Assembly (NCBI RefSeq): GCF_001194135.2
Contig: NC_068994.1
Coordinates: forward strand, 5,055,649 to 5,106,258
Direction: 5' to 3'
DNA from: Octopus bimaculoides
Taxonomy: Eukaryota
DNA length: 50,610 bases
How positions within the stretch are numbered: the first letter of the stretch is position 1; every line of letters begins with the position of its first letter. Both the position numbers and the translations under genes were made by a program. Of the stretch, positions 46,861-50,610 are shown piece after piece. The notes under the pieces were generated by a model. It was not told the origin of the DNA. It did no database searches and saw only the letters and a program-made list of their open reading frames with translations.

Positions 46861-48400
46861 GAAGAGTAACCAAACTTTTTTTCTAAAGTGATTTATTAAT
46901 CCCTTCCAGACAGATTTAATTACTGACAGTTTGTGCTGTGCGTTGGTATTAGGCTGTTCAGTAACTGCATAATTTTTCAGACAAGGAATTCTACAGACTA
47001 TTTACAGATTTTTCTCAGTGTGGTATATCTGAAAACATGGTGCTGCACAGGGTGAGATATTGCACTGCTCACACACACAGTGTTTTGATGTGGTCAGTAC
47101 TGCTCCCCCGTCTGCAAGGGGATATTTTATGTTCTTGTAAAGTTACTGAATTTCTAAGAGTTTCAACAGCACCATGTGTTTGTGCATGCAGACTGTAAGA
47201 AGTGAGGAGGTATGAGAAGTGAATATATTTATTTAACCACTTGTCATCCTGAGTATGAGGCCCATTTCGCAGCCTCCGTCATGTAATAATAATTTCACTA
47301 TAATAAACTGTTTACATGTCTGTTCCAATATGCATATTATGTGTTATACAATTGTATATTCACAAAACAAGACAGATCAAGAAAGCAAGCTTATCAGATC
47401 ACCAGCACATCATGGTTACAGCAAAGTTTTCTCTTTATGGTTTATATATTTCTCATGAAATATTCCCATTGGTTGCATCTCCTGGATTTTAGCTACATGG
47501 AACTCTGTTGCATTCTACTCCTCTGTAGTGGATTACGATGTGGTTTGTTAGCCGAGTCAGCTAGAGGAGCTTTCTATGATAGCCACACCACTCTATGAAT
47601 TAATATATGACTACAAATACACACACACACATACATACATATATATATGTTTATATATAAAACAAGCAACTTTTTTTTGATGTTGATGCAATTGACCTAT
47701 AAACAAATTGTAGTAGTAGTAGTAGTAGTAGCAGTAGTAGTAGGTCAGTACTAATTCATTAGATCTATGACCTGAGACGTTTCAGGCGTGGCCATTCTGT
47801 TGTTTTATTCACACAGTGTATCTAGGACTACATGACCCAATGCTGTTAGTGTCCGAACCTGATTCAGCAGATCAATGACAAAAGATATTCTCACCGTGAC
47901 CGTCCTGTTTTTATTCGATTTCTGAGTTGTTACGTGCCGCATATCAGTCCAGATCCAGAAGTATGACCTAAAACGTTGTAGCTGTAACCATCTCATGTTT
48001 CATTCACTCCGACGCAATGCCCCTAGAACTGCATTGCCGCACTTCAGCCCCGATTCAGTAGACCTACGACGAAAGACCAGTTTTTTTTTTGATAGCATTT
48101 CTAGGGCTACATTATCCAATCTGTCCTTTTGTTACGACAGCAAGGTTTAGCTTGAGGAAGATTCTGCTGCTGTTTCTAGCAGTGCAAGTCACCTTGTAGA
48201 GGTCTCTACCTCTCCACTAAAGTGTAAACACCCAAGAAACATTGCAAACAAACATTAAACAGATTCTATAAAATACACAAGAAAGAACTGGTTGGAAACC
48301 GAGAAAGTAATGAACAGAAACCACCTGATCAATGTTTGGAAATGTCTATTAAACAACGGTGCAATGATTATGATTTAACTATAAATACGTAAAGTCTCAC

Positions 48401-48480
48401 CTTAATTTATCTGCGATGGTTAAAAACCCGGTGTGACGGTACTGTAAACAGTATTTTATGAAGTTTACTGTCACTTCAAC
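48401..48480 (-). other. UROS: Candidate non-coding first exon of UROS
   Basis: Strong donor AAG|GTGAGA at 48401/48400. The acceptor at 41606 requires an upstream exon. Location not proven. Confidence 0.25.
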
Positions 48481-49099
48481 TTCCTTCTTTTCTCTGCCTC
48501 TCTACAAACACTGCAAATATTCTGTTTTCATCTAATTATTTATCTCTCTCTTCCCCCTCTTTAATTGCTTCCAAAATTTTCTTTTCTTCTGTTCTCTTGT
48601 TTCTTTCCTTTAAGTGCTATTTATATACCCATCTCTCCCTCTCTTTTATTTACTATGTATATACCTGTTCCGTTTTGCTCTCTCCTAATTATTGTCTGTA
48701 TTCTTATTTCCTCCTCTTTCGCACCTATCACGAAATACCTTGTCCCCACCTTTTTCTTGCTATTTGTTCATTGGGTGGTTCGCATACTTTGGTAGATCAT
48801 TACCGTATTTAACAGCATTTTATTCATCAACCATACAAGCTGTAGACTATTTTAATCGAACAGAAGTTAATTTTGCACAATGGTTTATCCATATTTTCGT
48901 AATCTACTTGTCTTTAGATATTTACCTTAACAAATAACCGAAGAACGATCTTTTGATTTCATAATCAAGATAAATAACTTGTATTGAAAACGTGCTTAAA
49001 ATACAAGTATTTTATTTATTTTATCTAGTTTCAGCTCATGAGCTGTGGCCATGCTGGGGCACACTTGTTTTAAATATTTTATTTCGAAGAAAATTCACG

Positions 49100-49220
49100 C
49101 TTCTAGACATCGATCATCGTCAAAGTTCCCCCAGATATTTGTCCCCACCCTTCACGATCTTCTAGACATCGATCATCGTCAGAGTTCACCCCAGATATTT
49201 GTCCCCACCCCTCACGATCT
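49100..49220. repeat. 59-bp tandem repeat x2
   Basis: CTTCTAGACATCGATCATCGTCA.AGTTC.CCCAGATATTTGTCCCCACCC.TCACGAT begins at 49100 and at 49159. Confidence 0.9.
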
Positions 49221-50534
49221 TATAACGTCCCAAAGAGATTTGTTTACCCAGGTTCAGAACTAGGTGGAAAGTTGGTTGAATCATTAGTACATGGGACAAA
49301 ATGCTTAGCGATATTTCTTCCGTCTAACTTTTCTTCCGTCTAACTTTTCCTACCTTATTTCTATAGTAGAAAGAGGAGAAAGATATAAAATTCTCTTTTT
49401 CCGCCTCCAGATACCAAAGCGGAAGGTGTTTTTTTCCCTCACGCTGCAGCCAAATGATTGACGCCTGAAGAATTCAAGATCAAGAATCCAGGAAATGTTG
49501 GGCGAATGGAAACTTCTAAAGTGTGAGTATACAGTATAGGATGTTTTCAGTCCTTTTTTAGATGTGTTTCTTGTAAACTGATACTGTAATCAGCGCCTCG
49601 TGAACGGTGAGCTCGACTAGTTACTAGAATATATCAGAAAAATTATAGAAATAACATCTTTTTTTGTTTTTATAAGGAAATCGCCGAAGAAAAACTTTAA
49701 ATTTTCATGTACGGTAATCGGAAGAAAGTCGAAACTTTTTTGGCAAAATCGCAATCTCTTATATAGAAAACATTGAAATCAGAAGAAATGTTTTTAAAAA
49801 ACGATAAAGGCGGAAGTAAGCACAAGTTTTAGTTTAACTAAAAGGATTGTCCACCGTTGGGATTTCAATAAAATCTTTTTGTACATAATCGTACGAGATA
49901 CAATGTGTAGGACACAAATATACCATAAGATAAAAAGAAAAAGTTATGACGGCTTAAAATGATGAGCTTCGATGAGAAATCTGCCAATGTTTGAAACTGA
50001 AATTACAAAACGTATGCGCACGGGTGCTTTCATTATATAGTTAAAACGAAAGATGGCCTATATTTTTTGTTATTTCTTCTTCAAAACTTGTTTATTTTTC
50101 TGCGGGTTTGTGTGTCCTACTCACTGTATTTGTATTCTACGCAATTTTGGGGATTTTTTTCGCTTTGACTAGCAAATATACATGTATATTCACATACGTA
50201 GGCAAATATACACATAAACACAAAAGTACGATCTTTTCCTTTTCATGAGCCGCTCGATTAATTAATTTTCTTTAACTAAACACTTTGAAACTTCGTATAC
50301 TTGTAGAATGTGTCATGTAGAACATCTTTTACTCTAAGCATTGTTGAGAAAAGATTTTATTTTCGAAGTTGTCGTATTTCGGTAATTTCAATGACGTGTA
50401 TTCACCCGAATAAAATTACTTCTGTTGTTTATCAACAACAACAATCGGAGGCATATATTTCGTTTCTGTTATTTATGTCACCGTTCGTGCGTTTGTACTG
50501 GTTTTAGCTTCAAAAATATTTACAACAATTTTTC

Positions 50535-50586
50535 TGGTTAGGGTTTTTAGGGTTACGATTAGGGTTGGGGTTAGGGTTAGGGTTAT
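50535..50586 (+). repeat. Short degenerate TTAGGG-like tract
   Basis: GTTAGGGTTTTTAGGGTTACGATTAGGGTTGGGGTTAGGGTTAGGGTTA. Confidence 0.7.
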
Positions 50587-50610
50587 GGGAAAAAAGTGAA
50601 AAAAAAAAAA

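Noticed and set aside
49100-49220. CRISPR-like array
   Set aside because: Head-to-tail tandem copies with no unique spacers, in a eukaryotic genome.
50535-50586. True telomere or chromosome end
   Set aside because: Only a few imperfect TTAGGG units followed by non-telomeric sequence. A similar CCCTAA remnant at about 7528 suggests an element-associated motif.

Overview
AT-rich animal genomic DNA. The SINE families and (TA)n/(CA)n load suggest a cephalopod such as Octopus; this is inferred, not proven. The right third holds a complete 8-coding-exon uroporphyrinogen III synthase gene (UROS, minus strand, 263 aa, CDS 41567 to 34937). Downstream of it lies an apparently triplicated region with three units about 11.6 kb apart, each ending in a near-identical copy of the UROS last exon (34937, 23334, 11690). 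Two units each carry an intact head-to-head pair of intronless CARD plus death-domain (RAIDD/CRADD-like) genes sharing a short divergent promoter: pair A at 4333-7050 and pair B at 26794-29055. The middle unit holds only scrambled relics: a frameshifted CARD start cut by a Gypsy element, and an inverted orphan copy of the promoter. The four proteins are strongly diverged, yet about 300 bp of promoter is identical between pairs and carries IRF-like and NRF1-like motifs. The rest is decayed mobile DNA (Gypsy, Tigger/pogo, Penelope-like, RLE-type, RTE and APE-type LINEs, SINEs, MITEs) and several N gaps, so the tandem structure needs long-read confirmation. All comparisons were made by eye with no database searches. 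Repeat boundaries are approximate.
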